A stretch of DNA of 64,000 nucleotides from Bacteroidales bacterium (lineage in GTDB: Bacteria; Bacteroidota; Bacteroidia; Bacteroidales; UBA12077), in NCBI GenBank assembly GCA_963665525.1, contig OY762280.1:705451-769450 (forward strand), in the 5' to 3' direction. Under the pieces are notes generated by a model that was not told the DNA's origin, did no database searches, and worked only from the letters and a program-made list of their open reading frames with translations. This document shows positions 1 to 11,090 of this stretch, in pieces. The stretch's first letter is position 1; each line of letters starts with the position of its first letter. Both the position numbers and the translations under genes were made by a program.

Positions 1-1866
1 AATTTTAGGGATTGAGAAATTGCGAATGTCTTTATAATCATCAATTAATGATATTGTTAAAACAGCTTCTTCTTCGTAGATTTGGCTAACAATATCTTTC
101 TTTTCTTCCAGATCTTCTAGTTTCTTTTCTACTTCTGCTATTAAAATATCAGTATTTTCCAGTGTTGTACCACTAGGCATGGTAACATATAAGGTAATAT
201 CTTTTATTTCTGCTTCCTGCGATGAAATAAAACTTATTCCCAGGCTAATTAATAGAGTAACAAAGAATACTCCTAAAGCTCCTAAAATTGTTTTTCCGGG
301 TTTTCGCATACAGGTTTTTAAAATAACCATGTATATCTGGATGAGCCTGTTGTGAAACGAAATTTTTTCGAAAAGTATAGGTTTGCTTTTATCTCTTAAT
401 TTTAAGAAAGCATGTGTAATCATTGGAATGAGTAACAAGGCAACAACTAATGATACCAATAAAGTTGATATAATTGAAACTCCAATATGTTTACCGATTA
501 AACCAATGAAAAAATTAGTTGAGAAAACGAATGGAAGAAATACAGTAATGGTTGTTAATGTAGCTGCAAAAATAGATCTCCATACTTCTTTTGTTCCCTG
601 TGTTACTGCCTGATCTGGATTTATATTTTTTGAGGCCAGCCTGTAAATATTTTCCAACACAACGACACTGTTATCCAGGAGCATTCCTATGGCCAGGGCC
701 ATCCCCAGAAGCGTTAAACTATTTATGGTTATATCGAATGCGTAAAAGAAATTGAAAGCAGTATAAACAGAAATTGGTATTGCTAAAGCTATAGCTACTA
801 CTAATCGGAAGTTCTTTAAGAATATCCATAGTATAAATATGGCAAGCAATCCTCCAATTAATGCCAGCTGAATAATAGAATCGATGTTTTTTTCCATCGT
901 TTCTGCATTGTTGTTTTGTACAACGATTTCAATATCTTTTTCGGCAAGTTCTTCATTAAGAGCTGCTATTTCATCAATAACTGCATGAGATAGTGCAATG
1001 ATATTAGCCTGAGAGTCTTTGGTGAGGCTAATGGTTACAGATTCTTTACCATTGACTCTACTGTATGAAGTTTGTTCTTTAACTCCATAATGGATCTCAG
1101 CAATATCTTTGAGCTTTATTTTACCTTGTTCTTTTACAACGAGGTTATGAATATCATTAATATCATCAAATTCCGAAATCACATTCACAAAGTGCAGTTG
1201 GTTATTATTGGTTACTTTTCCTGCAAATGTTCTTGATTTACTGTTATTGCTTAAAGCAGTTCGTACATCGGCTGGTGTAATACCATAACTATCGCAGATA
1301 TCCTGATGTAGGATAATCTCTATAGATTTTTCGCGTCCACCAAATACTTCAGAATTAGCTACACCATCAATATTTTTGATTTTATTGATGATTTCACGAT
1401 CCGTAACTTGTCGTACTCGATCAACACCTCCGCTACCACGAACCTGGAGAGTCATAAACATATTATTCAGCATTTCCATGTCGAACTTAAATGTTTGTAC
1501 CTGGAATTCTTCTGGTAGCGTATTTTTTGCTTCATCAACTTTCTCGACAAGCTTTAAATAGGCAAACTTTAAATCTGTATTTTTTTGATACGAGATTCTG
1601 ATATTTCCTGATTGCTGGCCTGCGGTTGATTCAATTTTTTCGATATTTTCAAGTGTTCCAATAGCTCCTTCCAATGGAATAATTGCCTGGTTTTCCATGT
1701 ATTTAGGATCGACCTCTAAAGGAGTACCAACACTAACAAATAACATCGGATAAGTAGCATTAGGATAAAGCTCAACAGGAAGTTGTTTATATGAAATATA
1801 CCCAAGCATAGTTAGCCCCGTAAAGAGCATTGCAATAAGTACTTTTCGTTTTATTATAAAGTTCAT
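1..1866 (-). CDS. RND (AcrB/HAE1-type) efflux permease, N-terminal ~622 codons; 3' end lies outside the window
   Basis: Absent from the ORF track because it is open to nt 1. Reverse complement from ATG at 1866-1864 reads MNFIIKRKVLIAMLFTGLTMLGYISYKQLPVELYPN... and stays in frame to nt 1 (...LTISLIDDYKDIRNFSIPKI). N-terminal TM helix, large soluble loop, then a hydrophobic block (LDNSVVVLENIYR), parallel to the adjacent 1025-aa RND paralog. Confidence 0.8.
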   Translation of the reverse strand, partial: MNFIIKRKVLIAMLFTGLTMLGYISYKQLPVELYPNATYPMLFVSVGTPLEVDPKYMENQAIIPLEGAIGTLENIEKIESTAGQQSGNIRISYQKNTDLKFAYLKLVEKVDEAKNTLPEEFQVQTFKFDMEMLNNMFMTLQVRGSGGVDRVRQVTDREIINKIKNIDGVANSEVFGGREKSIEIILHQDICDSYGITPADVRTALSNNSKSRTFAGKVTNNNQLHFVNVISEFDDINDIHNLVVKEQGKIKLKDIAEIHYGVKEQTSYSRVNGKESVTISLTKDSQANIIALSHAVIDEIAALNEELAEKDIEIVVQNNNAETMEKNIDSIIQLALIGGLLAIFILWIFLKNFRLVVAIALAIPISVYTAFNFFYAFDITINSLTLLGMALAIGMLLDNSVVVLENIYRLASKNINPDQAVTQGTKEVWRSIFAATLTTITVFLPFVFSTNFFIGLIGKHIGVSIISTLLVSLVVALLLIPMITHAFLKLRDKSKPILFEKISFHNRLIQIYMVILKTCMRKPGKTILGALGVFFVTLLISLGISFISSQEAEIKDITLYVTMPSGTTLENTDILIAEVEKKLEDLEEKKDIVSQIYEEEAVLTISLIDDYKDIRNFSIPKI

Positions 1867-1900
1867 CTAAAATAGTTTCAGTTTAAAGTCTCTAGTTATC

Positions 1901-4900
1901 TTATGAAAACAACTTCACTTTTATTTTTTCAAAAACATAATAAACACACGGTATTACAACCAAGGTTAATAAGGTTGATGTGATCAAACCAGCAATAACT
2001 GCTATTGCCATTGGTGATCTTAATGCAGCACTTTCACCAATTCCAAATGTTAATGGAAGCAAAGCTAATATGGTTGTTAAACTGGTCATTATTATTGGTC
2101 TGATACGATTTTCACCTGCTCTTATGATAGAATCTTTTAGTGATAATCCTTGTGCTTTAAATTGATTAATCGCATCAACCAGAATAATGGAATCGTTTAC
2201 AGCTATCCCGGCTAACATAATTATTCCAATATAAGCCATAATACTAAGTGTTTTTCCTAATAATAGGAAAGCCCAAATGGCTCCAACTCCTGCAAGTGGG
2301 ATGGTAAGCAATATGGTAAATGGATGAATTAAAGATTCAAACTGAGAGGCCATTACCATATATACCAGAATGATTGAAAGTATTAAAGCAAAACTTAAGC
2401 TCGACATAGCTTCTTGTCTTTTCTGTTCTTCTCCTACAATCTCAATATTGTATTCTTGAGGAATATCAAGTGTGGTTAACTGCTCGCGTACCTTTGTAAT
2501 AACCTGATCGAATGCAATTGAACGATCAACATCGGCCATTACTTTACCTATTCGGTTCTGGTTTCTTCGGAATAATTGTTTTGGCGAAACTGATTTTTCA
2601 ATGTGAGCAACTTCATACAGTGGGACATTTTTATTTCCATTTTTTAGAGTAATAGAATTAAATTCAGATAAACTCATATCTGGCATTTTGACGGTAATAT
2701 CATTCATTTCACCATCTTTTTCATATTTACCTGCATCTTTACCCATAAGCAAATCTTTTAACTGAGTAATGATTTCGTCTATACTCATATTATAAATACC
2801 TGCTTTATAACGATCTATAATAACATCAATTTCAGGAGCACCTTCTTCGATATTGGTTTTAATGTTAAGTAACTCAGGAATTTCTTGCAGTTTGGCTTTT
2901 ATTTCAGATGATATCTGATCTAAAATATCCAAATCTTTTCCTTTAACTTCTATTACAAGAGGAGCTTCATCGGTTCCTAAAGTGGATTGCAGAGCTGTTT
3001 CGTCTCTTATAATTGAAATCTCAGCATCGGGAATGGTTCCCATTAATTCTTCGATAGAAGAAATAATATATTCCGATTCTTTCAGTAAATTATCTTTTAA
3101 ATGAATTTTGAGAGTAGCTGTGTTTTCGTTCTGGAAAACTGATTTTTCGTTACTGCTTGAACTTGTTGGGCCAATCTGACTGTATACAATTTCCATTTTA
3201 TCGCCCAACATTTCAGTTAACATAGACTCTACATTTTTAACCGTATTTGAAGTTCTTTCCAGTTTTGTTCCTTCTTTCAGTTTAATATCAATACTAAATT
3301 CACCGGCACCACTTTTTGGCAAATATTCAGATCCAACTTTCGGAAAAATAAATGCTGTTAGTGTAAGTAAAAGAACCGAAGAAATTAGAATTATTCCTTT
3401 ATGATCAAGTATCTTCGATAATAAATTTCCATACCATTCAATACGAACAGACTTAATTTCTTTTTTATTATTTTGTTTTCGATAAGCATAGTTGAAAAGC
3501 ATAGGAATTACCAAAATAGCTACAAATAATGAAGCCAGTAAAGAAAAAGCTACGGTCCAGGCCTGATCTTTAAATAGAGCTCCCGATGCACCATGTAAAT
3601 ACACGATAGGTAGAAATACTACAATGGTTGTCAGTGTTGAGGCTACAATTGCACCCCCAACTTCGGCAGTTCCTTGTATTGCAGCTTCGCGTACCGACAT
3701 TCCCTGCTCCATATTCCTGAAAATATTTTCCATTACCACAATTGCATTATCAACCAACATTCCGGCGCCAAGAGCTAGCCCTCCAAGTGTCATAATGTTA
3801 AGTGATAGTCCGTTGAAATACATTAGATTGAATGTTGCAATAACGGAAATAGGGATCGCAAAACTTATGATCGCTGTTACTTTTAATCTTCGTAAAAAGA
3901 TAAAAAGAACAAATACGGCAATTAAGATACCGACTAATGCAGTTTCCTGAACTTCGTCGATAGCAGTTTGAATAAACTCACCCTGATTTTGTACAATAAT
4001 AAATTCATAACCAGGAAGCGCCTTTTTAATTGATTCAAAAGATTTGGTTAAATCTTCGACTGCTTTTACGGTATTAAATCCTGTTTCTTTATAAATTGAT
4101 AATCCAACGCATCGTTTACCATTGATACGAACAATATTTTGAGGATCTTTATTTACAAAGCTTACTTTCGCAATATCTTTTAAGAATATTGGAGCTTTTT
4201 CAACAGAATTAGGATTTTGAGTGCTGTTTACCAGCTTGTAACTTAATATAATGTTTTCAATATCCTGAATATCTTCAACTAAGCTGGTACCTTTAATAAT
4301 GTATTTTTTGCCCATTTCAACAATGGTACCACCTGAAACATTCCTGTTTACATTCTGAATTTCCTGGACAATTTGGCTCGTTGTTAATCCATATGCTTCA
4401 AGTTTATATTGTTCAGTTTCTATGAGGATTTCTTTTTCTTCTGTTCCGGTAAGAGTAACATCAGCAATACCTTCTAAACGGATTAATTCATTGCGGATAT
4501 AATTTTCACCAGCTTTTCGAAGCTCATCCATATCTGTAATTTCGGGATGCAGCATTCCAATAATCATTACTGGCGATGCATTAGGATCGTGTTGAGTAAT
4601 TGTAAACTCATCAATATCGGAGCTTTGAGTGAAAGCTGTTAAAGCTTTTTGCAGATCAAGAAAAGCTTCATCCATATCGCGTCCCCAGTTATATTCTACA
4701 GTAACACGTGCAGAACCAACCATACAAACTGATGAGACTTGCGATACACCTTTTTGGCGAATGGATTGAGCTTCTATATCCTCTACAAATTGTTTTTCTA
4801 TCTCTTCCGGAGGGCGTTCTCCTGCTTTTATTTCGACAAATATTCTAGGAGCATTCATGTCAGGAAAAAGATCAACACTTAGTTTCCCAAATGAGATATA

Positions 4901-4978
4901 CCCTAAAAGAATAATTGCAATAACAATCATCGAAACCGTTACAGGATTATTAACCGAAAATTGTGTGATTTTCTTCAT
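1901..4978 (-). CDS. RND (AcrB/HAE1-type) efflux permease, 1025 aa
   Basis: Length and architecture typical of RND pumps. N-terminal TM (VTVSMIVIAIILLGYISF), two large periplasmic loops, two 5-6 helix bundles (GGLALGAGMLVDNAIVVMENIFR ... AGIAVNDSIILVDAINQF). Follows the MFP and TolC genes on the same strand. Confidence 0.9.
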   Translation of the reverse strand: MKKITQFSVNNPVTVSMIVIAIILLGYISFGKLSVDLFPDMNAPRIFVEIKAGERPPEEIEKQFVEDIEAQSIRQKGVSQVSSVCMVGSARVTVEYNWGRDMDEAFLDLQKALTAFTQSSDIDEFTITQHDPNASPVMIIGMLHPEITDMDELRKAGENYIRNELIRLEGIADVTLTGTEEKEILIETEQYKLEAYGLTTSQIVQEIQNVNRNVSGGTIVEMGKKYIIKGTSLVEDIQDIENIILSYKLVNSTQNPNSVEKAPIFLKDIAKVSFVNKDPQNIVRINGKRCVGLSIYKETGFNTVKAVEDLTKSFESIKKALPGYEFIIVQNQGEFIQTAIDEVQETALVGILIAVFVLFIFLRRLKVTAIISFAIPISVIATFNLMYFNGLSLNIMTLGGLALGAGMLVDNAIVVMENIFRNMEQGMSVREAAIQGTAEVGGAIVASTLTTIVVFLPIVYLHGASGALFKDQAWTVAFSLLASLFVAILVIPMLFNYAYRKQNNKKEIKSVRIEWYGNLLSKILDHKGIILISSVLLLTLTAFIFPKVGSEYLPKSGAGEFSIDIKLKEGTKLERTSNTVKNVESMLTEMLGDKMEIVYSQIGPTSSSSNEKSVFQNENTATLKIHLKDNLLKESEYIISSIEELMGTIPDAEISIIRDETALQSTLGTDEAPLVIEVKGKDLDILDQISSEIKAKLQEIPELLNIKTNIEEGAPEIDVIIDRYKAGIYNMSIDEIITQLKDLLMGKDAGKYEKDGEMNDITVKMPDMSLSEFNSITLKNGNKNVPLYEVAHIEKSVSPKQLFRRNQNRIGKVMADVDRSIAFDQVITKVREQLTTLDIPQEYNIEIVGEEQKRQEAMSSLSFALILSIILVYMVMASQFESLIHPFTILLTIPLAGVGAIWAFLLLGKTLSIMAYIGIIMLAGIAVNDSIILVDAINQFKAQGLSLKDSIIRAGENRIRPIIMTSLTTILALLPLTFGIGESAALRSPMAIAVIAGLITSTLLTLVVIPCVYYVFEKIKVKLFS

Positions 4979-5133
4979 GCCTTTATATTTCTAGCAAAGA
5001 TGCCAAGACGCAAAGAAATTGTAAACTTTTTCTTATGGTATTTACAATCTGAATTTCTTTGGTTTTGTTATTTCTATGCATTAATTCAATTTTTTTGATC
5101 TGTTATCTATAAATCTAAATTCTAATATCTAAA

Positions 5134-6183
5134 CTATTTAATAACTTTAACTTTGGAACGATTTCGAAGAGTTTCGAATCCTTTGATTACTAATCGATCG
5201 CCTTTTTCTAATCCTGATATAATTTGCACTTCATTTGGATTTTCTAGTCCAAATGTTACAACTCTTTCTTGTGCTAAAGCTTTATCAACTACAAATACTG
5301 TATTACCTCGTTGTTTAGAAAGAATAACATCTTTAGGAATCACAATAGTACTATCGGCCGATGCAACAATAATTTCACCTTTTGCAAACATTCCGGGACG
5401 CATTAAAAGATTTTTGTTGTTGATATTGATAATTGTTTTAAAAGATCTGGTATCAGCATCTATTGCAGGAGATATTTGTGTTATTTTACCTGTTAATGTA
5501 TCATTTGGAATCGTGTAATTCGTAATCTTAACATTTTGTCCGGGTTTAATATATCCTAAATCTTTTTCGGCTAAGTTGATTTCCATATATAATTTACTAT
5601 AATCCATTAATTTGAACATTAATGAATTTGCATCTATTTTGGTAGTAGGAGTATAATAAGGTAAATCAACAATTACTCCCGAAAATGGAGCTTTAATAAG
5701 CATTTTTTCTAGTCTTAGTAATGCATCTTTGTAGTTATAATCTGCATTGATATAATTAATTTCTGCATTCTTAAGCTCACTTAAAGTTACACCGCCTTTT
5801 TCGTACAGCGACTGCTGTTTCTCGAAAGTTTGTTTTGTAATCTCAAGATTTAGCTTCAAAGAATTTATTTTCAGGTTATTTTCATACTCTTTATCTTGTA
5901 ATTCGATGATTTTATCACCTTCTTTCACATAATCGCCCAATGCATATTTTTTACCGGTGTTTGGGTTGGTAAGTAGCATATATTTTCCTGCAATTTCAGA
6001 GCGTTTACTTATTTCTTTTACAGGGTTTACAGTTCCTGTTGTTTCAATATATTTCTCGATTGATTTCAATTTTAAATCGATGACCGATACAGGGATTGAA
6101 ATATCTTTATTCAAATCTTTTTCCTCGTTATTACAAGATGTGAATATTGCAATAGCAATGATGAATGTGATTAATCTTTTCAT
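5134..6183 (-). CDS. Periplasmic adaptor (membrane fusion protein, HlyD/RND-MFP family), lipoprotein
   Basis: 349 aa. Lipoprotein-type signal (AIAIFTSCNNEE), coiled-coil-rich middle (NNLKINSLKLNLEITKQTFEKQQSLYEKGG), beta-barrel-like C-terminus. Sits between the TolC-like and RND genes. Confidence 0.85.
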   Translation of the reverse strand: MKRLITFIIAIAIFTSCNNEEKDLNKDISIPVSVIDLKLKSIEKYIETTGTVNPVKEISKRSEIAGKYMLLTNPNTGKKYALGDYVKEGDKIIELQDKEYENNLKINSLKLNLEITKQTFEKQQSLYEKGGVTLSELKNAEINYINADYNYKDALLRLEKMLIKAPFSGVIVDLPYYTPTTKIDANSLMFKLMDYSKLYMEINLAEKDLGYIKPGQNVKITNYTIPNDTLTGKITQISPAIDADTRSFKTIININNKNLLMRPGMFAKGEIIVASADSTIVIPKDVILSKQRGNTVFVVDKALAQERVVTFGLENPNEVQIISGLEKGDRLVIKGFETLRNRSKVKVIK

Positions 6184-6210
6184 TGTATGATGTTTTTGTA
6201 TGGTTGTATT

Positions 6211-7728
6211 TTAATTTTCTGAATTAATATTATTTTGAAACTCTTGAGGAACAAATGAAGTGTTATTTTCAAAATCCCAGAGCGATTGTATTTTCATGTT
6301 TAGCAATTCAAGCTTATAATTGATTAAAGCATTTGCCAGATCCATTTTCTTTTGCGAGAGTTGATTTTGATATCTTTCTAAATCGATACTTGTTAAATCA
6401 CCATTTCGATATCTTTCTAGATTTATATCATATGTTAATTGTGCATTCTTTTCATTTTGTTTGGCAATGGTAATTTGTGAATTTAAATTCTGAAGATTTC
6501 GATAAACCTTGCGAATATTGATGACGATATCATCTTCGAGGCTTTTTAAATTTAACTCTTTAGATTCAACAGCAAGTTCAGCAGCTTTAATTCTGGCTTT
6601 TCTTTCTCCCCAGTCAAAAAGAGGAATTGAAAAAGTAACACCAACTTGAGGACTTCTAGTAGGTTTATCGTAAATATTTGCAAAATTTTCATCATTACCC
6701 ATAATCCCAATTGAAAGATCCATATCTCCACGGAATTCGTTGGTGGCAGATGTTTCAATTAAATCAAATTCAGCATTGTTTAAATCAATTTTTCTTTGCG
6801 AAAGTTCTAAGCGTTGTGATAATCCATTCTCAATTGCTTTTTCTAGATCAACAATTACAGGTGTATAATCAATATCTGTTGATATGGCAATATCTTCATA
6901 CAGAGATACTCCAATTAATTGTTTGAACTGATCTTTTGAGTTTTCTAAATCAACTCTTGCATTGTCAAGGTTTGATTGACTGGTGGCATAATTTAATTCG
7001 CCTTGCAATAATTCTTCCTGGGCTGATAATCCTGCTTCAACTTTACTTCTGATAATTTCAAAACTTACTTTCTGATTTGCAAATTCTTCTTCGGCTATCT
7101 GTACCGACATTTGTTTTTGATATATAGCATAAAATGCTTGAGTAACTTGTTGTTCAATATTTAACATTTGAATAGAGTAGGAGAGTGTTGAATTTTCAAG
7201 AGCAAGCTCCTGTCTTTTTAAATTCATTCTGGTCTTATTATAGGTAAACAAAGGTTGGTTGTAGCTTAAGTATAGGTTATTATCAAATCCTTCATATGTA
7301 TTTGTAATTTTGGTAGGATTAAGAGGATCAGTAAAGTTATCGAATGTTTCCGATGAGGTTGATCTGTATTGAAAATCGTTCCTTAAACTTAATGTTCCAT
7401 CTACCCATTTAATTGGTTGTGTTATAAGAAGTCCTCCTTTAGAGGTAGTGTTTTCTGAGTTATACCACTGCGAATAATATTCTTCGTATGTTTCACTGTT
7501 GGAATATTCGATAGGAGTAACATTTAGCGAAAAATGCGATTTTAACATTGCTAACTGAGCATTCAAATATTCCCGGTTTTGTTCCATGGTCAAACGGGAT
7601 TGTTTTATATCGGGACTATTCTCTAATGCAATATTCATAGCATCTTCTAATGTGAGCACCTTTTGCCCTTTTGAAAGTAAAGCACAGATAATGAATGTTC
7701 CTGTAAGCAGTAATTTTATTCGTGACAT
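6211..7728 (-). CDS. TolC-family outer-membrane efflux protein
   Basis: 505 aa. Signal peptide, typical N-terminus (LTLEDAMNIALENSPDIKQSRL), two repeated coiled-coil halves (AELAVESKELNLKSLEDD...). Start lies 10 nt after the upstream permease stop. Confidence 0.85.
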   Translation of the reverse strand: MSRIKLLLTGTFIICALLSKGQKVLTLEDAMNIALENSPDIKQSRLTMEQNREYLNAQLAMLKSHFSLNVTPIEYSNSETYEEYYSQWYNSENTTSKGGLLITQPIKWVDGTLSLRNDFQYRSTSSETFDNFTDPLNPTKITNTYEGFDNNLYLSYNQPLFTYNKTRMNLKRQELALENSTLSYSIQMLNIEQQVTQAFYAIYQKQMSVQIAEEEFANQKVSFEIIRSKVEAGLSAQEELLQGELNYATSQSNLDNARVDLENSKDQFKQLIGVSLYEDIAISTDIDYTPVIVDLEKAIENGLSQRLELSQRKIDLNNAEFDLIETSATNEFRGDMDLSIGIMGNDENFANIYDKPTRSPQVGVTFSIPLFDWGERKARIKAAELAVESKELNLKSLEDDIVINIRKVYRNLQNLNSQITIAKQNEKNAQLTYDINLERYRNGDLTSIDLERYQNQLSQKKMDLANALINYKLELLNMKIQSLWDFENNTSFVPQEFQNNINSEN

Positions 7729-7738
7729 ATTATTTTAT

Positions 7739-10700
7739 TTAATCGTTTTTAACCCATTTAATAGCGTCGGCAAAGATCATTTTACCAACCGATTTATTTG
7801 TTAATTCAACCTTTGCATTCTCTGGTGAGATATAGAATGTTCCCATATAGTTCCAGCCTTCATCTAATTCTTCATCGGCGAGTGTAATTTCGTCCATTCC
7901 ATCGTCGTGATAAATCTTGAAATTGTAATTTGGTTTCCTTTTAGATCGATCCCACTCTATATTTATCTTTTCTATATTGCAATAAACATCGTAATATCCA
8001 TCGTTTGGTAATTCTGCATTCCATTGAGCTATCCTGGTTCCTTCGCCAGTGCGAGTATACATTGCAGAACGAACATATTTGCCGTAAAATCCAGAACGAA
8101 GTACAGGTTTCCACTCCGATGGTGGATTCCAAAAATGTATTCCGGAATACTTGTAGCGGTCGACTTTATTTTTATGAATGACTGATCGTAAATAACTTTC
8201 GTTTGATTCTTGAATGTATTCAAATCCTTCGTCTTCATTGTCGACAATTATTTCGTTTTTACCAATCATTTCATTAAATAAAGGAATATCTCGTATTTCA
8301 TCGAGCATGGTGACCTTTTTAAGCTCATCAAAACCTGAAAACTCATAAATAAGATTGTTTGGAAGATTCTCTGAAATATTGGTAAAAATATTCATTCTGG
8401 TTGGTTCTGTAGGAAATACAACACCAACTTCTTTAGCTGATTTTGCCGAGATAAATATCTTGGTAGCGAAGTCAGGTTGTTGAGGACCTTCAGCTGTAAA
8501 ACTCCTTGAATTACTTTTATCATCTAAATCAATATTCATGGTAATGATGCCATCGATATCTTCAGGATTAGCTATCTTAAATCGGATTTGATATTTGGTA
8601 TATTCACCATCTAAAACCTTATAAGTCTCTAAATCTTTAATTAAAAATCCTGCTAGTTCTTTTTTAGTAAACCATTGATCAATTTCAGTTGCAATAGAAT
8701 CGCTGAATGTATTTTTAATTTCAGATTCGAGCTGGTTAAAATCAAAGCTTTTATGCTGATTGTTTTTGATAAGTTTATTTAGTAATCGGTTAAATTCTTT
8801 TTCTCCATAACGAGCTCTGAACAAAGAAAAAAGATAGTCTCCTTTAGCTAAAATAACATCGTTAATAGTAAGTGGATCACCATCTTCATCGTCTTCGTTT
8901 CCTTTTTCAACTCCTTTTCTTAATAAGTCGGCAAGACTTGCCTGTTTTAATTCAAGATTAATTTTTTCACCTTTACTAATCCCCCTGAAAAACCAACGAT
9001 ACGACGAGACACTATTTACATTTCGTTCGCGTAAATAAACTTCTAATGCGAGATTTAAAATTGGCCAATCTTCAGATTGTAAGCTGGTAATTTGTGTATA
9101 ATAATGAGGAATTAATGAGTAAGTATATTTATCGACAACTTCCCTGAATTGATACCATTCTGTTGGTGGAGCCATTAAATTCCCGCGAACAAATCGTTTG
9201 AAAATACGGCATTGTAATTCTTCAGGAGATACTTCTTCGTTATTTTCTTTCATTCTTTTTTCGAAGCGATTCCTACGGTTACGGAAATCAGTTTCTTCCA
9301 TAATAACTCCTTTTTCGGGATAGAGAATCATTTCAGGTTGCACCGCATCACTGGTAATTGACCATAAATGTTTATCGAGTGCAAAATGAATAGGAACTTC
9401 GGCAAAAGAAAATCGGTCGAAACCATAATTTAAATCCAGAAGAGTACCATACTCATCTCTTAATTCGCGAATTATTGCGGGCATGGTATCTTTAAATTCT
9501 GTAAAGTGTCGTAAATAGAATTCATTTCCTTTTGTAGTATATATCGAATACTCAACAGAATCGACTTTAACAGAATATTTATTATAATCAGCAATTAACA
9601 GACTAATTTTAGGTAAGGCATAAGTATTCTTAAATTGATATGTTCCAATATCTAAAGAATCGACTTCTCCTTGTGATACTGCAACCAAATCATTTGCTGT
9701 TTTAACTTTTAGGTTAAATAAGGTAAAATCGGGTTGATAAAATGCAGGTTTATTCGTTGCATATGTTACACCAGATTTAGGGTACCATAATGATTCGCTG
9801 GTTAAACAAACAAAATCTTTTTGAAGATAAGCAAAACGCTTTCTTGCTCTGAATATTTCCATCGGGAAATTATCCTCATAATCTTCCAGATTTTTATCGA
9901 GAAGATGTGTGTTTTCATTGATGCTTCCCTGGTATATAAATGTTATCGATTTGCTGTCGCCAACATTTAAATGATTAGCAATTTTTACCAGGTGTAAATT
10001 TCTGGTAAAGTCAACTTTCTTATTTTCAATTTCAATTGAACTGATGAATAATTCAGGATTCAAACTAAAAATTAAAGTGTCAATTGCTTGATTGTTTTTA
10101 TTCGTAACATTCAGTTGTGTAGTTGATTTTATTTGATTCTCCAGGTGTTCAATGTCAATATTGCATTGATTGACATAAACTCTTAAAGCATTAGAATATT
10201 GGTTATTTAGAGCAATAAATTGTTCTTTTTGGCGGATGTTGTCTTTTTTCATATCAATGAATCGATATCCTAAATAAAATCCTAAAAAGATTAAGATTAA
10301 AGCAATAGTAACAGGCAAAAATTTAAACGATTTTGACTGAGGTAATCGATTAAGTTTTGATATGGTAAAAAAGATTAATCCAAGGCCTACAAGAAAGTAT
10401 AAGCTTCGATGAAGTAAAATCTCGGTAAAATTTCCAAATCCTCCAATGGTAGAATGCATCATTGGGACTTTGTAGGCAATATAATCGAACAGGTGATAAT
10501 ATTTGTTTTGCAGGTAGAAAACCGTGAGTGCAATATACCCTAATAATAAGATAAAAGTTATGGCCTGATTTTTAAGAACTGTCATAAGAAAAAATGATAG
10601 TCCCAGGATGAATACCAATGTAGGAATACTAATAAAAATAGGGTATAAGAAAAATTCTAATATTCCTTTAGCTGAGTCGTTGCTTAAGAAAGAAAAACCC

Positions 10701-11089
10701 ATTCCCAGAATCAGAATGATAAAATTCAATATCATGAAAACAGAAATTACTCCAATTGCTTTTCCAATGATGTATTGTCCATTTGTCATCGATCGGGCAT
10801 AGATAACTTCTACCGTGTCATTTTTTCTATCCTGTTTTAAGAATTCAGATGCTAAGAAAACAGCAACAATAGCTTGTCCAAGATTTAGTATCATCAGATT
10901 TGCATACGGAACGGCAGCTGGTAAAGCTCGGTATAACCATGGGGCACCGCTTGATTCAACAAAAACAGCAACATTAAAAATGCCAATCCCAATAATAAAT
11001 AAGCCTGCAAAAATTCTGAAAAACCAACTTCTAAGAAGGGTTTTCATTTCAAATCGGGCAACTATTTTAATGGTTTGAATCGAACTCAT
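7739..11089 (-). CDS. ABC-2-type multi-pass permease fused to a large M1-aminopeptidase-like ectodomain that lacks the zinc motif; golvesin-C-like C-terminal domain
   Basis: 1116 aa. About 7 hydrophobic helices in the first ~280 aa, and the start is 1 nt from the ATPase stop. The soluble part is colinear with the 1206-aa paralog at 54219-57839 (SLLIADYNKYSVKVDSVEYSIYTTKGNEFYL vs SWLSADYEKVEDSWNGVDLAIYYHKGHEYNL), but no HExxH occurs anywhere in the translation. The C-terminus (AQWNAELPNDGYYDVY...GWNYMGTFYISPENAKVELTN...IFADAIKWV) resembles golvesin-C-terminal-like domains. Confidence 0.65.
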   Translation of the reverse strand: MSSIQTIKIVARFEMKTLLRSWFFRIFAGLFIIGIGIFNVAVFVESSGAPWLYRALPAAVPYANLMILNLGQAIVAVFLASEFLKQDRKNDTVEVIYARSMTNGQYIIGKAIGVISVFMILNFIILILGMGFSFLSNDSAKGILEFFLYPIFISIPTLVFILGLSFFLMTVLKNQAITFILLLGYIALTVFYLQNKYYHLFDYIAYKVPMMHSTIGGFGNFTEILLHRSLYFLVGLGLIFFTISKLNRLPQSKSFKFLPVTIALILIFLGFYLGYRFIDMKKDNIRQKEQFIALNNQYSNALRVYVNQCNIDIEHLENQIKSTTQLNVTNKNNQAIDTLIFSLNPELFISSIEIENKKVDFTRNLHLVKIANHLNVGDSKSITFIYQGSINENTHLLDKNLEDYEDNFPMEIFRARKRFAYLQKDFVCLTSESLWYPKSGVTYATNKPAFYQPDFTLFNLKVKTANDLVAVSQGEVDSLDIGTYQFKNTYALPKISLLIADYNKYSVKVDSVEYSIYTTKGNEFYLRHFTEFKDTMPAIIRELRDEYGTLLDLNYGFDRFSFAEVPIHFALDKHLWSITSDAVQPEMILYPEKGVIMEETDFRNRRNRFEKRMKENNEEVSPEELQCRIFKRFVRGNLMAPPTEWYQFREVVDKYTYSLIPHYYTQITSLQSEDWPILNLALEVYLRERNVNSVSSYRWFFRGISKGEKINLELKQASLADLLRKGVEKGNEDDEDGDPLTINDVILAKGDYLFSLFRARYGEKEFNRLLNKLIKNNQHKSFDFNQLESEIKNTFSDSIATEIDQWFTKKELAGFLIKDLETYKVLDGEYTKYQIRFKIANPEDIDGIITMNIDLDDKSNSRSFTAEGPQQPDFATKIFISAKSAKEVGVVFPTEPTRMNIFTNISENLPNNLIYEFSGFDELKKVTMLDEIRDIPLFNEMIGKNEIIVDNEDEGFEYIQESNESYLRSVIHKNKVDRYKYSGIHFWNPPSEWKPVLRSGFYGKYVRSAMYTRTGEGTRIAQWNAELPNDGYYDVYCNIEKINIEWDRSKRKPNYNFKIYHDDGMDEITLADEELDEGWNYMGTFYISPENAKVELTNKSVGKMIFADAIKWVKND

Positions 11090-11090
11090 T

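Noticed and set aside
5018-5048. Inverted repeat ATTGTAAA-N15-TTTACAAT in the 155-nt MFP-RND spacer. Its half-sites are similar to the TGTAAAA/TTTTACA dyad at 23456.
   Set aside because: An 8-nt all-A/T-rich stem is weak and common in this composition. The spacing differs from the TCS-region dyads. Nothing else links it to them.
3624-5518. Antisense ORFs inside the RND (3624-3950) and MFP (5153-5518) genes, and a 119-aa ORF (50702-51061) antisense to the FG-GAP gene.
   Set aside because: Each is fully contained in a long, well-supported coding region on the other strand. They have low-complexity compositions. The FG-GAP one only reflects the repeated DxDxDG codons.
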